NCBI GenBank assembly: GCA_030390025.1
Contig: CM059432.1
Coordinates: 98,272,001 to 98,336,000 of the forward strand
Length of the DNA: 64,000 nt
Direction of reading: 5' to 3'
Source of the DNA: Squalus acanthias
Taxonomy: Eukaryota
The position numbers and the translations under genes were made by a program. Below are positions 25,401-37,625 of this stretch, piece by piece. The notes under the pieces were generated by a model, which saw only the letters and a list, made by a program, of their open reading frames with translations, searched no databases and had not been told where the DNA came from. The stretch's first letter is position 1. Each line of letters starts with the position of its first letter.

Positions 25401-25937
25401 GCACATGGTGTAAGCATGCACCTCTTGCTTTACCCCCCTCCCCTCACCACAACTCCACCCTTGTGCTTCCTCATTTCAGATACTCAAGAAATGCAGCCTA
25501 TTCAGCCAATGGTTGACCAAGAAGAGGGAGAGGAGAGTAATGAAGAAGAAACATCATCACTCGATTTCACACTCCCAGCCACCAGCTCCTTGAGATCATC
25601 CTCCAAGGCCATCTCCAGTGTCCCCCACTGAAAGTCAGCAGCCTTCCACCAGCCATGCTGCAGGCACTGGGGTAGCACTGCATGACATCACTTGGATAGG
25701 CAAAGGCACATGCAAGACAGTCACAAAGGGAATGCACAAGGGCGATTAGTTGATTTCTTGATGTCATATTGGATGGGTAGATGTATAAAGTTGGATTGGA
25801 ATGTTTGCTTTGTGGTGGCTTCTATGTCAGCATTGTGGCCAAGAGGACACTGTGATGATCAGTAACAGAGGGAAGGTAAGGAATGGACAAATGTTGAACG
25901 GGGAATTGGGGTTGTGTTCACTGGCGGATGATTTGAT
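22456..25937 (+). repeat. ~580-bp direct repeat (22456-23037 and 25356-25937) flanking an RTE insertion
   Basis: The two copies align by eye with few mismatches at an offset of 2900. Confidence 0.9.
23038..25355 (+). mobile_element. RTE-clade LINE, 5'-truncated, with an inverted 5' segment
   Basis: + strand RT 23324-25306 (KASGADGIPAE, NYRGVSLLS, ESQCGFR, FFDLTTAFD, GVKQG, HFPYLGS, C-terminal CPTC...H..TH) and GGGACTGCCTAAGAAGAGAAG tail. 23038-23293 is the endonuclease on the - strand (LVITNT, WQH.RSKHWH.LDY, DCWTDHRLI). Confidence 0.92.
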
Positions 25938-26208
25938 CCCGGACATCCGGCCAAAAAGGGGTTGTCTGGGTTGCATCCTTCCTTCTGCTTCCTCTTCCTC
26001 TGCTTCTTCCTCTTCTGCTTTTTTCTCTGCTGCTTTTTCCTCTTCTGCTTCCTCCTCTTTTGCTTCCTCCTTCTTCTGTGAGCAGCTGGTCCCCTTTGCT
26101 GCCTCTGCTCCATCTCCATGTGGTGATGGAGCCCAAGGGGGACTGCAACTGGAGCCCCCAGGACTGGGAGCAAGTGTTGTTCTCAGAGGCCTTCCTTTGA
26201 GAGTCAAA

Positions 26209-27101
26209 GGGGGAAAAATTCAGTTGGTTGCGCCTCCTGTTAGCGCCTTAAGAGGGCGCTAATGGGGCGCAAAGCAGCTAGCGCCCGGGTGCGGCGAAGT
26301 TTGCGCCGCTCGCGAAATTAACTAGACATTTTGCGGCGGCGCTAAACACTACCGCCACGATCTCCTGCGCCGGCAGATCATGACGTCACTCGAGTGCGCA
26401 ACGCCCCGATATCGCCCCGGAGCGGATATTGAGTGGCGCCCCCTGCCTTACCACCTGACGCTAGCAACGACAGGTTGAGGGGAGCGTTCTGCAGTCATGA
26501 AGAGAAAGGGGGAGCGCTATTTAAAGGTGACCGCTTCCTGCCTTTTATTGTTGGTGCCATTTTTGAACTACGCATTCTGAGAGAGAGAGGTAGAGACTTC
26601 TGGAGAGATTCAACGTTGTGTGAAGGAGTTTTGGGTACTGAGCAGCACTTTGCAGGTTCATTTTGATTTGCCATTCCTTGTATCGATTTAGCAGAGATTG
26701 TGGGGGCTGCACTCTGAGCTCTTGGCCTGGTACTCTCCATTGTTCTTTCCAGCAGATTTGATGTGCAGGTCTCTCCAGGCCGAGATTCAAGGCTGCAATG
26801 AGCAGGATGTGGATGGAAAGCAAGATTAACCATCCCCTTTAAGAACTGGCCCGTGCCATTGTGTGTGTGTACCATTGCTGACTGACATTACATGAGCTTC
26901 GCCAGCGCTCTGAGGTAGCGCCTCGCTCCTCGGCCTTTGCGCCTTAAGACAGGTGTGAAGCGCCTGATTTAGCGCTGCAATCACCTCCAGGGGCGATAAA
27001 AGTGAAGTTTGCAGTTGGTGGCGATAATTAGCGCCAGGCGCTAATCTTTGCGCCAGGCCGATATTTGCGCCCCAAACGGGGCGCGACTGAATTTTTCCCT
27101 C
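26209..27101 (-). mobile_element. Non-autonomous Harbinger (internal-deletion derivative)
   Basis: TIR GGGGGAAAAATTCAG / CTGAATTTTTCCCTC; AAA duplication; close inverted copy at 38063-38956; one end matches 3060-3359. Confidence 0.9.
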
Positions 27102-28193
27102 AAAGTCTTGCAAGCATCCAGCAGCATTCGCTGCACATTTTAACAACTTTTTAAATGTATTGCACCAAGCCACTGCTCCAATAGAATGGAAAGATACCAG
27201 TCCAAAAACAAAAACCTAAACTTACCTGAAAGTTGTGTGCCTCCCTTTAAGAAGCACTGGCAGCGGCTCCGTTATACTGCTGCACGCACGTTCTTCCGTG
27301 CGTGGTTTGGTGAGGGCGTTATTAAGAGTGGCGATGTCGAAAATCACAGATAGTGTGTCAATTCAGGCGTTGCACGCCGACTGATGTCATGAGCTGGATC
27401 TTTTAAATATGGGAAGTGAGTGCAGTCAACGGCAACACTGCCAACCTGCCCAAAATGGCGGCTGCCGCGATCTGCGCTGGAAGCTGGTGGAATTGAGGCG
27501 GCCACTACTTTTTCTTCCAAACCAGCCATAACGGCCGGCGCTAATGGCTCCAATTTCACGGCCTTTATGTTTGGCGATATGCAAATGAGTTTGAGAGGGA
27601 ACATTACCAAAAAAAACACCTCTGAAAACTAGCGCCATTTTGAGCACAATTTGTGCCTGGATCATGGATTGCGTCCAAAGCGGTAACTCTACCCCACAGT
27701 GTCTACTGGGCTACTTTGGTCTTTTGGGGATCAACCCTTTGACCACCCAAATATGGTCATTGGCATAAGGTTGTGGCCAGTTGTGATCCCCAGAATTCCC
27801 ACATACCAGGCCTTTATTGAGACCCAGGTTATGGTCGGTACAGGTATGCCTGGTGATATAAGGCACACTGGCCAACCATATACAGGATGCCAGTATATTT
27901 CTACTCCCCAGACGCCACAAGAAAAGGCCTACAAGAATGTACAATTGTAAGACAGAAATGTGACAGTGCATTCTTTTGACCTATTAGAGCAATGTATCCA
28001 ATACTGGGATCATTCTGGCAGTGCCGAGTAGTATGAGTTTGAATAAATTAGCAGAATTAAAGTAATATGCTGCACGTAGCATAATAATATTATTGAAAGA
28101 GGCATACACATGCTTGCCAAAGAGGAGCAGCAGCAAAGCATTTTCTCCTTATTTCAATTGTTCTGCATTTGTATTTTTTTATCTACAGATTAA

Positions 28194-28920
28194 GGGGGAG
28201 AAATTCATTGCAGCCCCGTTTGGGGCGCTAACTTTTAAAAGTTGAGAAAATTAGCGCCAGGCGCGAATGTTTCTCATCTTTTAAAAAATTCGCTTTTGCG
28301 CTCCAGGAAGAAAGTGGAGAGCTAAATCAAGCGCTCCACTTCATTCCTGGAGAACAACAGGCAGCAGGCGGGGCGGTAGGTGTGCAGCGCTGCCGCGTTG
28401 GAAGGCTCCTTCCCTCCCTTAAAGGGAAGGGCCATTGCTGCAGGCTCTGCAAGGAAAATATTTACCTGGTTCCCGACGGCAGCTGCAATTCGGCCCGATC
28501 AACCCGATGAACTGCAGCAGAGTGCCGGGCTGATCGATCGCTGGCGATGAAACAAAAAAAAACCGCAAAGAACATTTCAGATTTTTTTTTTTATCTACCT
28601 CGGCCGCCTCACCTTTAATTATCGTCCCCCGATGCGCCCGACCTCCCGATCAACGCTTCCTGCAGCTGTCGGTGTCATCGCCCGGCGATGCTGCAGGGGG
28701 CGGAAATGAATTTCGGGTCCGGGGCGATGCCCTGCCAGATGATGTCACGATCTCTGGGCGCAGGAGATCGTGGCGCGAGACGTTACCGCCTCCGCAAACC
28801 ACCAGGTGAATTTCACGGGCGGCGGTAACATTGCCGCGCCCGGGCGTTAAGTCCTTAGCATCCTGTTATCGCCCCCCGGAGGTGCTAACGGGAGGCGCTA
28901 AGGCACTGAATTTCTCGCCC
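28194..28920. mobile_element. Harbinger-type MITE
   Basis: TIR GGGGGAGAAATTCA / TGAATTTCTCGCCC; subterminal GGCGCTAA/TTAGCGCC motifs. Confidence 0.8.
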
Positions 28921-28922
28921 TT

Positions 28923-29680
28923 GGGGGAGTAATTCGGTATGGCCACGTTTGGGGCACTAAAACTTTGAAAGTTGAAAAATTAGTATCAGCCTCCCGCAAA
29001 ATTGAGTTTTAGCACTCCAAGAGGGAAGTGGAGCGCTAAATCAAGCGCTAACTTCTCTTAGGGCTCTACAATCTGACAGCGGGGTGGTAGCGGCAGAGCG
29101 TTAAACAAGTTCGAGCGCGTTGTAACCGGCACTCTTTCATCACAGAGGCTGCTTCCCTCGCTTAAAGGGAAGGGCCAATGATGCTGCACAAGCTAGTTGT
29201 CATCAGTTCTGTTTTGCAAGGCAACCTGGGCGACTGCCATTACAGCCCCAAACACTCACAAAGCAGAGGGCTTGGACATCTTGCAGCAATGAAACATTAA
29301 AAACTTTGCGCAGGCACCAGACTGGCGCACATAATAAAGGTTGCGCGAGCTGAAAAGCATTCCCTTTAATTACCGCTCCCGAAGTGGCCAGCCGCGTTCA
29401 CAACGCTTCCTCTTGCTGGCATTGTCGGTGTGAGGCGATAAAGCAGGGACAAGAGTCAATTTCCCATCTGGGGCGATAATGGGGCGCTGCACTCTTTATG
29501 ACATCACGATCTGCGAGGCGCTAGAGGCCCAGGCGCTAGGAGTTAGCGCCAGCGTTAAACCGGCACTGAAGTTCGCGGGTGTCGCTGCATTCACCGCGCC
29601 TGGCCGCTAACCCCTTAGTACCCCGTTAGTGCCACCGCCAGGCGCTAATGGGAGGCGCTAACATACCAAATTTCTGGCCC
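28923..29680. mobile_element. Harbinger-type MITE abutting the previous one
   Basis: TIR GGGGGAGTAATTCGGTATG / CATACCAAATTTCTGGCCC; similar subterminal motifs. Confidence 0.8.
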
Positions 29681-30454
29681 TTATTTTGCTCTGGAGATAA
29701 GTGATATAAAATAACCATGTAAAGGTTATTGATTTGCTAAAGTAATTCTGCAGTACTGTAAACAAATTAACAGCAGAATGATAATAAAAAAGAATATATA
29801 AATTTATAACAATAAACAATAAAATTAATATAAATATTTTTTATTAACCCCAAAAGAGAGATTAAACTCAGTAAAGATTTGCACCAGTAATGTAATTTTC
29901 ATGCTTTATGGTGTTAAATATAGATTACATTATTGATGTTTTAGGAATCCTCTTCAAATTAGAAGGCAACAAATGTTACCAACCAAGAAATAAGGGCAAG
30001 GCATTTATCTATTATGAGATGGGAAATTAAGGTGACCATATCAATTGCATTGACAAGTGCAAACTTTTTGAAAGAACAATTTTCTCCACCAATTTTCTCT
30101 CCTCCCCTCCTAAAGGTGCTCACTTCTTTCTGGCTTATGGTTCCACAGGTGCTGGGCAGACTGAAGCACGTACTTCACCCAAGTGGCCATTATTCAGGAG
30201 TAAGCCTTGTCAGCGAGCATAGAAAGATTATTCATCCTTAGGGCTCACTGGATAATGATCAGGAATGTGAACCATGGTTGATTTTCCCCTTCCTAACCCA
30301 GGAAGCGGAGGGTAAATGTAGAGCATTCAACTCTCATTGTGGCTGAGATCAGTTAACTTGGCACACCGGTTACCAAATCTGGTCTGTATGGCTCCATTAC
30401 TCATTTTTCAATTTTAAGGTTTTAGATTCTCTATGTGCTTCTCAAACCTTCAAT

Positions 30455-31676
30455 ATGTAAACAGAAAGGATTGATGACGGGAAAGCAATGGATGTTGTCT
30501 ACATGGATTTTCGGAAGGCATTTGACAAAGTACCACATAGAAGGCTGGTTAACAAAATTGAGGCTCATGGAATAGGTGGGTCAGTGGCAGCTTGGATAAG
30601 GAATTGGCTTAAGGATAGAAAACAGCGAGTTGTGGTAAATGGCTATTTTTCAGACTGGAGGATGGTAGACATTGGTGTTCCCCAAGGGTCAGTGCTGGGA
30701 CCACTGCTTTTTTTGATATATATAAATGACCTGAATATTGGAATACAGAGTAGAATTTCTAAATTTGCCGATGACACCAAACTTGGGGGTGTGGCAAACA
30801 GTGATGATGATACCAATCGACTGCAACAGGACATAAAAAGGCTAGCAGAATGGGCAGACAAGTGGCAGATGAAATTTAATACAGAGAAGTGTTTGGTGAT
30901 GCATTTTGGCAGAAGGAACAGGGAGAGGCAATATACACTTAATGGCACAGTTTTAAAGAGTGTGCAGGGGCAGAGGGACCTGGGAGTTAATGTGCATAGG
31001 TCCCTGAAGGTGGTAGGACATATTGACATAGTGGTTAACAAAGCATATGTGATCTTGGGCTTCATAGATAGAGGTATTGAATCCAAAAGTAGAGAAGTTA
31101 TGCTGAACCTTTATAAAGTGCTAGTTAGGCCGCAACTGGAGTATTGTGTCCAGTTCTGGTCACCACACTTTAGGAAGGATGTGAAGGCCCTTGAGAGGGT
31201 GCAGGGGAGATTTACCAGAATGGTTCCGGGGATGGGGGATCTTAGTTACAAGGACAGGTTGGAGAAGCTAGATTTGTTTTCATTGGAGCAAAGGAGGATG
31301 AGGGGTGATTTGATAGAGATGTACAAGATTATGATGGGTTTGGATAGGCTAGACGGGGAAAGGCTGATCCCCCTAATTGATGGTACAAGGACTCGGGGAC
31401 ACAGATTTAAGGTTTTGGGCAAGAGATACAGGGGGGCGTGAGGATAAACTTTTTTATGCAGCGAGTGGTGAGGACCTGGAACTCGCTGCCGACGGAAGTG
31501 GTGGAAGCAGAGACACTCAATGTTTTCAAGGGGAGACTGGATAGGCAATTCAGGGAAATAAACTTGCAGGACTACGGGGATAGAGCGGGGGAATGGGACT
31601 GACTGGATTGCTCTGCAGAGAGCCGGCTTGGACTCGATGTGCCGAATGGCCTTCTTCTGTGCCGTTATGACTCTAT
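30455..31676 (+). mobile_element. 5'-truncated CR1 LINE
   Basis: 317-aa RT ORF 30488-31441 (YMDFRKAFDKVPH, GVPQGSVLGP, FADD) and TATGACTCTATG tail. Confidence 0.95.
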
Positions 31677-31826
31677 GACATCGAAAATCACTGAGCATGC
31701 GTCAATTCGGCGTTGCATGCCAATTGACATCGTGCTCCTGGTCATTAAAATATTTGCAGCGAGTGCAGGCAACAGCAGCGCTGCCGACCTGCCCAATATG
31801 GCGGCCGCCACGTTTCGCATCAGAAG

Positions 31827-33259
31827 TGTAAAGTTTCGCAATTATCGCGATTCGAAATAACAAGATAGAAGCAGATTCGTTTGATCAGTTTATTTAAACG
31901 AAATGCTGTCATGATTATAAAGGACACAGAAGCCTGTAAAATGGCCGCCGCGCATCGTGGCAGAAGCTTCCAGAATTTCAGTGGGCAGACAAGATGGCGT
32001 TCGAATATACATTTCAAATATAAGACGGGATCATACTCGATGAGCACTGATAAAGACAGGATGCAACCTGTTTGCATTTGTGACAATAGCAAAAGATATA
32101 AGTGCTGGAATCGTTTTCCATGCACAAGTAAGGACCATTGTACTGGGCAATCGAAGGCCCATCCAGACACATCAATACACAAATACCCCCATGGCTCTAC
32201 AATGAGAGAGCCATTCACGGGTGATTAAGTCAGTATTCGAGGAGGCCCCAAAACCAGTCAGGGAGACTCCTAGCCGGTTCGACAATGGGGAAAACATTAA
32301 CGAGTAGTTGCCAGCTTCAAGTGCTACCGAAACCCATTAAAGAAGACAACCGCCCCATGCTGGGAGCTTTGTGCACCAGTATTACACAAAGGACAAACAT
32401 TAAGATTTGGGCGGGAGATAAGGGAACACAGCACTATAACTATAGTGAACAAATGTCCATTGGGGGCTTATTCGCTTGAACCGACCCTTATCTCTGCGGA
32501 CTCTTGACTCGGGCTGAACTCTTGATTCGACTATTATTCTCTTATCTAGCTGATGACTGCTGAACTCTTATTCGCTTGCCGCTTCATGGACTCGCTTGAC
32601 TGGTGAGCATTTGACTGTCTCTCTGGACTTCTACAACCATGTGCGAGTTCTGTCGAGTTCGTCATGACAACAGGGAGTCGGGCCTGCTTGTCGCAGCAGC
32701 GAAGATAAACAAGTGGGGTACAGAGACCCCTCCAACCATGTGACAGTCAGGTGCTGCAGCGAAACGAGCCGAGTGCCTTACTTTAAAATTCTCCGAAGTA
32801 TCACGAGTGGTGAGCATGTTTCCCGATCCTACAAATCTAGACGTAGTGTAGGTATTGATAGGGGATAGTGGTTTTATTAAGGATAAAGTATAATGTGTTC
32901 CCCTTTTTATGATGTGCCGTGCGTTCTTCATTACCATAGACCAAGCTTTATGAATGTATGTATACTTGTACTCTCGTTAATTTGTGCCTATGACATGTAC
33001 TTCATGATTTTAGACGCTATGCAATAAAGATTTCCATTTCGTACTATTCAACCGGGTCTATTTGAGTTTTTCTCTGCATTGCTGCTCTCGCACCTAAGTC
33101 CAGTGTTAGAACCGTAAGGGCGAGTGGGTCGAACCACTCACAGGTGCTTATTGCAACAAGGCTGGCCGGAGACCAGAGCAAGCAATAGTATTAGGCAACG
33201 AAGGCCTAACCCCGCACCAGCACCGTCTGCGATACAAGCACGACACCGAACCCCTTACA
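31827..33259 (+). mobile_element. Solo LTR (1433 bp) related at its termini to the LTRs of 53542-61404
   Basis: TGTAAAGTTTC...CCCCTTACA; GAAG duplication (31823-31826, 33260-33263); interrupts a Harbinger terminus (31677-31826 / 33260-33343); TATA-like at ~32435; AATAAA 33023-33028. Confidence 0.88.
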
Positions 33260-33999
33260 GAAGTGGACAGAAGCAAGGCGGCCGCCATTTTTTATTCAAA
33301 ACCGGCCTTAACAGCTGAAGCTAAAGTTTACAATTTCTAGGCCTAAAATTGTTCAGATGAAAAGAAGGATTTCCTAGCGGTAGAGCATCAGGATATGTAG
33401 ATTATTTCAAGACGAACTCTTGACTTATAGAGTAATTCTCAGTAAATTCAGCAAAAGAAATACAATCAATCAAAAAAAATTACATTGTAGACTGGAAACT
33501 TTACCCTGAACAATATGTCTTCAAAATTTCTTTCTGGTTGCAATTTGTACTTGGGAAAGCAACATTATTCATAAGGTAATGCATAATATGAAAAAGCAAT
33601 GAGGAGTTTAAGAAGGAGAAAATGAGAAATTGTTGAATATTACGACAACTTCTGACTCAAACGTATCAGTGATATTTATTTTGGCAATCTGTAATATTTA
33701 TAAGTTTAGTTGTATCTTGTCACAAACATATTTATTATCATTATACCTATTTCTCTGAGAATGTTTAATATTTTATTTTGCTTCAGAGACATTCTAGATC
33801 TCATTCTGTGAACGCAGTTGCTAATTTTATTGTTGCCTGTGCCACATGATTGATATCTGCCATATATGAAAATCAAAAATGACAAGCAAACCTCCAAAAT
33901 ATCACTTTATGATCAGCACTCATAAATGAAGTTGCGCAATGTATTTAAAGGTATATTTAGGATCCATCAAGAACTGCACATCCATGGAATAAACAAACT

Positions 34000-35387
34000 G
34001 GGTAGTGGGGAAAATGCTAGAGTCCATTATAAAAGATGTAATAGCTGAGCACTTGAAAAACAGTGACAGGATCGGACAAAGTCAACATGGATTTACAAAA
34101 GGTAAATCATGCTTGACTAATCTATTGGAATTTTTTTGGATGTAACTGGTAAAATAGACAAGGGAGAACCAGTGGATGTGGTGTATTTGGACTTCCAAAA
34201 GGCTTTTGATAAGGTCCCGCATAAGAGATTAGCATGTAAAGTTAAGGCACATGGGATTGGGGGCAAGGTATTGACTTGGATAGAGAACTGGTTGGCAAAC
34301 AGAAAGCAAAGAGTTGCAATAAACGGGTCTTTTTCCGAGTGGCAGGCAGTGACTAGTGGGGTACCGCAGGGATTGGTCCTTGGACCCCAGCTATTCACAA
34401 TATATATTAATGATCTAGACAAGGGAACTAGATGTAATATCTCCAAGTTTGCAGACGACACAAAACTGGGTGGGCGTGTGTGCTGCAAGGAGGATGCCGA
34501 GAAACTCCAGGATGATTTGGACAGGTTGGGTGATTGGGCAGAAGCGTGGCAGATCCAATATAACGTGGATAAATGCGAGGTTATCCACTTTGGTGTCAAA
34601 AACAGAAAGGCAGACTATTATCTGAATGGCAATAGATTGGGAGAAGGGGAAGTGCAACTAGACCTGGGTGTCCTTGTGCACCAGTCGCTGAAGGTAAGCA
34701 TGCAGGTGCAGCAGACGGTTAAGAAGGCAAATGGTATGTTGGCCTTCATAGTGAGAGGGTTTGAGTACAGGAACAAGGATGTCTTGCTGCAGTTGTACAG
34801 GGCCTTGGTGAGACCACATCTTGAGTACTGTGTGCAGTTTTGGTCACCTTATCTGAGGAAGGATATTCTTGCCATGGAAGGAGTTCAGCGAAGATTCACA
34901 AGGTTGATACCTGGGATGGCAGGAATGACGTATGAAGAAAGATTGGGTCGATTGGGCTTATACTCGCTGGAGTTTCGAAGAATGAGAGGGGATCTCATTG
35001 AAACTTATAAAATTCTGACAGGACAGGACAAACTAGATGCAGGAAGGATGTTCCCGATGGTCGGGGAGTCCAGAACCAGGGGTCACAGTCTAAGGATAAG
35101 GGGTAAGCCATTTAGGACAGAAATGAGGAGGAATTTCTTCACCCAGAGAGTGGTGAACCTGTGGAATTCTCTGCCACAGAAGGCAGTAGAGGCCAATTCA
35201 TTAAATAGATTCAAGAAGGAGTTAGATATATTTCTTAAGGCTAAAGGGATCAAGGGATATGGGGAGAAGGCAGGGACAGGGTACAGAATTTGGATGATCA
35301 GCCATGATCGCATTGAATGGCGGAGCAGGCTAGAGGGGCCGAATGGCCTACTCCTGCTCCTAGCTTCTATGATTCTATGATTCTATG
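34000..35387 (+). mobile_element. Young 5'-truncated CR1 LINE
   Basis: RT ORF 34136-35380; (TTCTATGA)n tail; very similar to 16981-19429 and 62034-64000. Confidence 0.95.
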
Positions 35388-35689
35388 AAACTGTCTCACC
35401 AGTTAAGGTGAGTTCTTGCTATTTTTTTTTAATTGAATGAAAAACCGTCATAGCTTAGTAATGAGTTGCAAGCTTTTTACATTTGCCAATTAACTAATGT
35501 ATTTTACTGTCATCATTGATTCATATATCCTTAACTGATGTCATTCTGGGAGGCACGAAAACACTAAATGCTACCCATTGACTATTATGGGTTCTATTTT
35601 CTAAATATTAGAATGATGATGGTAATAATGCTTCAGCATCAGATGTAAGATAAAAAAGAAAGGTACAATATGAGCAAACTCACTTTAGC

Positions 35690-37460
35690 TGTAAACAAGG
35701 AAATGGCAGATCAATTGAACAAGTACTTTGGTTCGGTGTTTACTGTGGAGGACACACACAACCTGCCGGAAATAAAAGGGGTCAGAGGATCTGGTAAGAG
35801 GGAGGAGCTGAGGGAAATCCTTATTAGTCGGGAAAAGGTATTGGGAAAATTGATGGGACTGAAGGCTGAAAAATCCCCGGGGCCTGATGGTCTGCATCCC
35901 AGAGTACTTAAGGAGGTGGCCTTGGAAATAGTGGATGCATTGACGATCATTTTCCAACATTCCTTAGACTCTGGATCAGTTCCGATGGAGTGGAGGGTGG
36001 CCAATGTAACCCCTCTTTTTAAAAAAGGAGGGAGGGAGAAAGCAGGGAATTATAGACCGGTCAGCCTGACATCGGTCGTGGGTAAAATGATGGAAGCAAT
36101 TATTAAAGATGTCATAACAGACCATTTGGAAAGTGGCGACATGATAGGTCCAAGTCAGCATGGATTTGTGAAAGGGAAATCATGCTTGACAAATCTTCTG
36201 GAATTTTTTGAGGATGTTTCCAATAGGGTGGACAGTGGGGAACCAGTAGATGTGGTGTATTTGGACTTTCAGAAGGCCTTCGACAAGGTCCCACACAAGA
36301 GATTGGTGAGCAAAGTTAAAGCACATGGGATTGGGGGTAATGTGTTGACGTGGATTGAGAACTGGTTGGCACACAGGAAACAAAGAGTAGGAGTAAATGG
36401 GTACTTTTCAGAATGGCAGGCAGTGACCAGCGGGGTACCGCAGGGTTCGGTGCTGGGACCCCAGCTGTTTACATTATATATTAATGATTTGGACGAAGGG
36501 ATTAAATGTAATATCTCCAAATTTGCGGATGACACTAAATTGGGAGGCAGTGTGAACAATGAGGAGGATGCTAGGAGGCTACAGAGTGACTTGGACAGGT
36601 TGGGTGAATGGGCAAATGTATGGCAGATGAAGTACAATGTGGATAAATTTGAGGTTATCCACTTTGGTGGTAAAAATAGAGAGGCGGACTATTACCTGAA
36701 TGGTGGCAGATTAGGGAAAGGGGAGGTGCAACGAGACCTGGGCGTCATGGTACATCAGTCACTGAAGGTGGGAATGCAAGTGCAGCAGGCAGTCAAGAAA
36801 GCAAACGGAATGATGGCCTTCATAGTAAGGGGATTTGAGTACAGGAGTAGGGAGGTGATGCTGCAGTTGTACAGGGCCTTGGTGAGGCCACACCTGGAGT
36901 ATTGTGCGCAGTTTTGGTCTCCTAACTTAAGGAAGGACATTCTTGCTATTGAGGGAGTGCAGCGAAGGTTCACTAGATTGATTCCTGGGATGGCCGGACT
37001 GACATATCAAGAAAGATTGGGTCAACTGAACTTGTATCCTCTGGAGTTCAGAAGAATGAGGGGGGATCTTATGGAGACATTTAAAATCCTGACTGGTTTG
37101 GACAAATTAGATGCGGGCAGAATGTTCCCAATGTTAGGGAAAACTAGAACCAGGGGTCACAGTCTAAGGATTAAGGGGAAGCCATTTAGGACTGAGCTGA
37201 GGAGGAACTTCTTCACCCAGAGAGTGGTGAATCTATGGAATTCTCTTCCACAGAAGGTTGTTGAGGCCAGTTCGCTAAATATATTCAAAAGGGAGTTAGA
37301 TATAACACTCACAACTAGGGGGATCAAGGGGTATGGCGAGCAAGCAGGAATGGGGTACTGAGGTAGCATGTTCAGCCATGAACGCATTGAATGGTGGTGC
37401 AGGCTCGAAGGACCGAATGGTCTACTCCTGTACCTATTTTCTATGTTTCTATGTTTCTAT
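35690..37460 (+). mobile_element. 5'-truncated CR1 LINE with an uninterrupted RT frame
   Basis: 563-aa ORF 35670-37361 with all RT motifs; the first codons come from flanking DNA; TTTCTATG tail. Confidence 0.95.
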
Positions 37461-37625
37461 CTAATATAAGTGTTCAAAATCATGAAGGGTTTTCATCAGG
37501 TAAACTATTTCCATTTTCGGTGGTTCAGAAACTAGAGGGCATATAAGAACATAAGAACAAAATAATTCGGAGCAGGAATAAGCTATACGGCCACTCAAGT
37601 CTGCTCCGCTATTCAATAAGATCAT

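Larger units (their letters stand above)
21640..27553 (+). mobile_element. Rearranged Harbinger remnant(s): Myb exon, ORF2 3' exon, transposase tail and terminus
   Basis: WDQIAEAVTASIVTPRTWLQCPKKFHDL (Myb) at ~22090-22190; Glu-rich transposase C-terminus on - at ~25940-26200; terminus ...AATTTCACGGCC at ~27553. Confidence 0.65.

Noticed and set aside
27560..27971. Host exon in ORFs 27699-27950 / 27711-27971
   Set aside because: No recognisable domain in any frame I read and no convincing splice pair.
35670..37361. Autonomous or domesticated RT gene
   Set aside because: 5'-truncated CR1 without endonuclease; the ATG comes from flanking DNA; an open frame is expected in a young copy.
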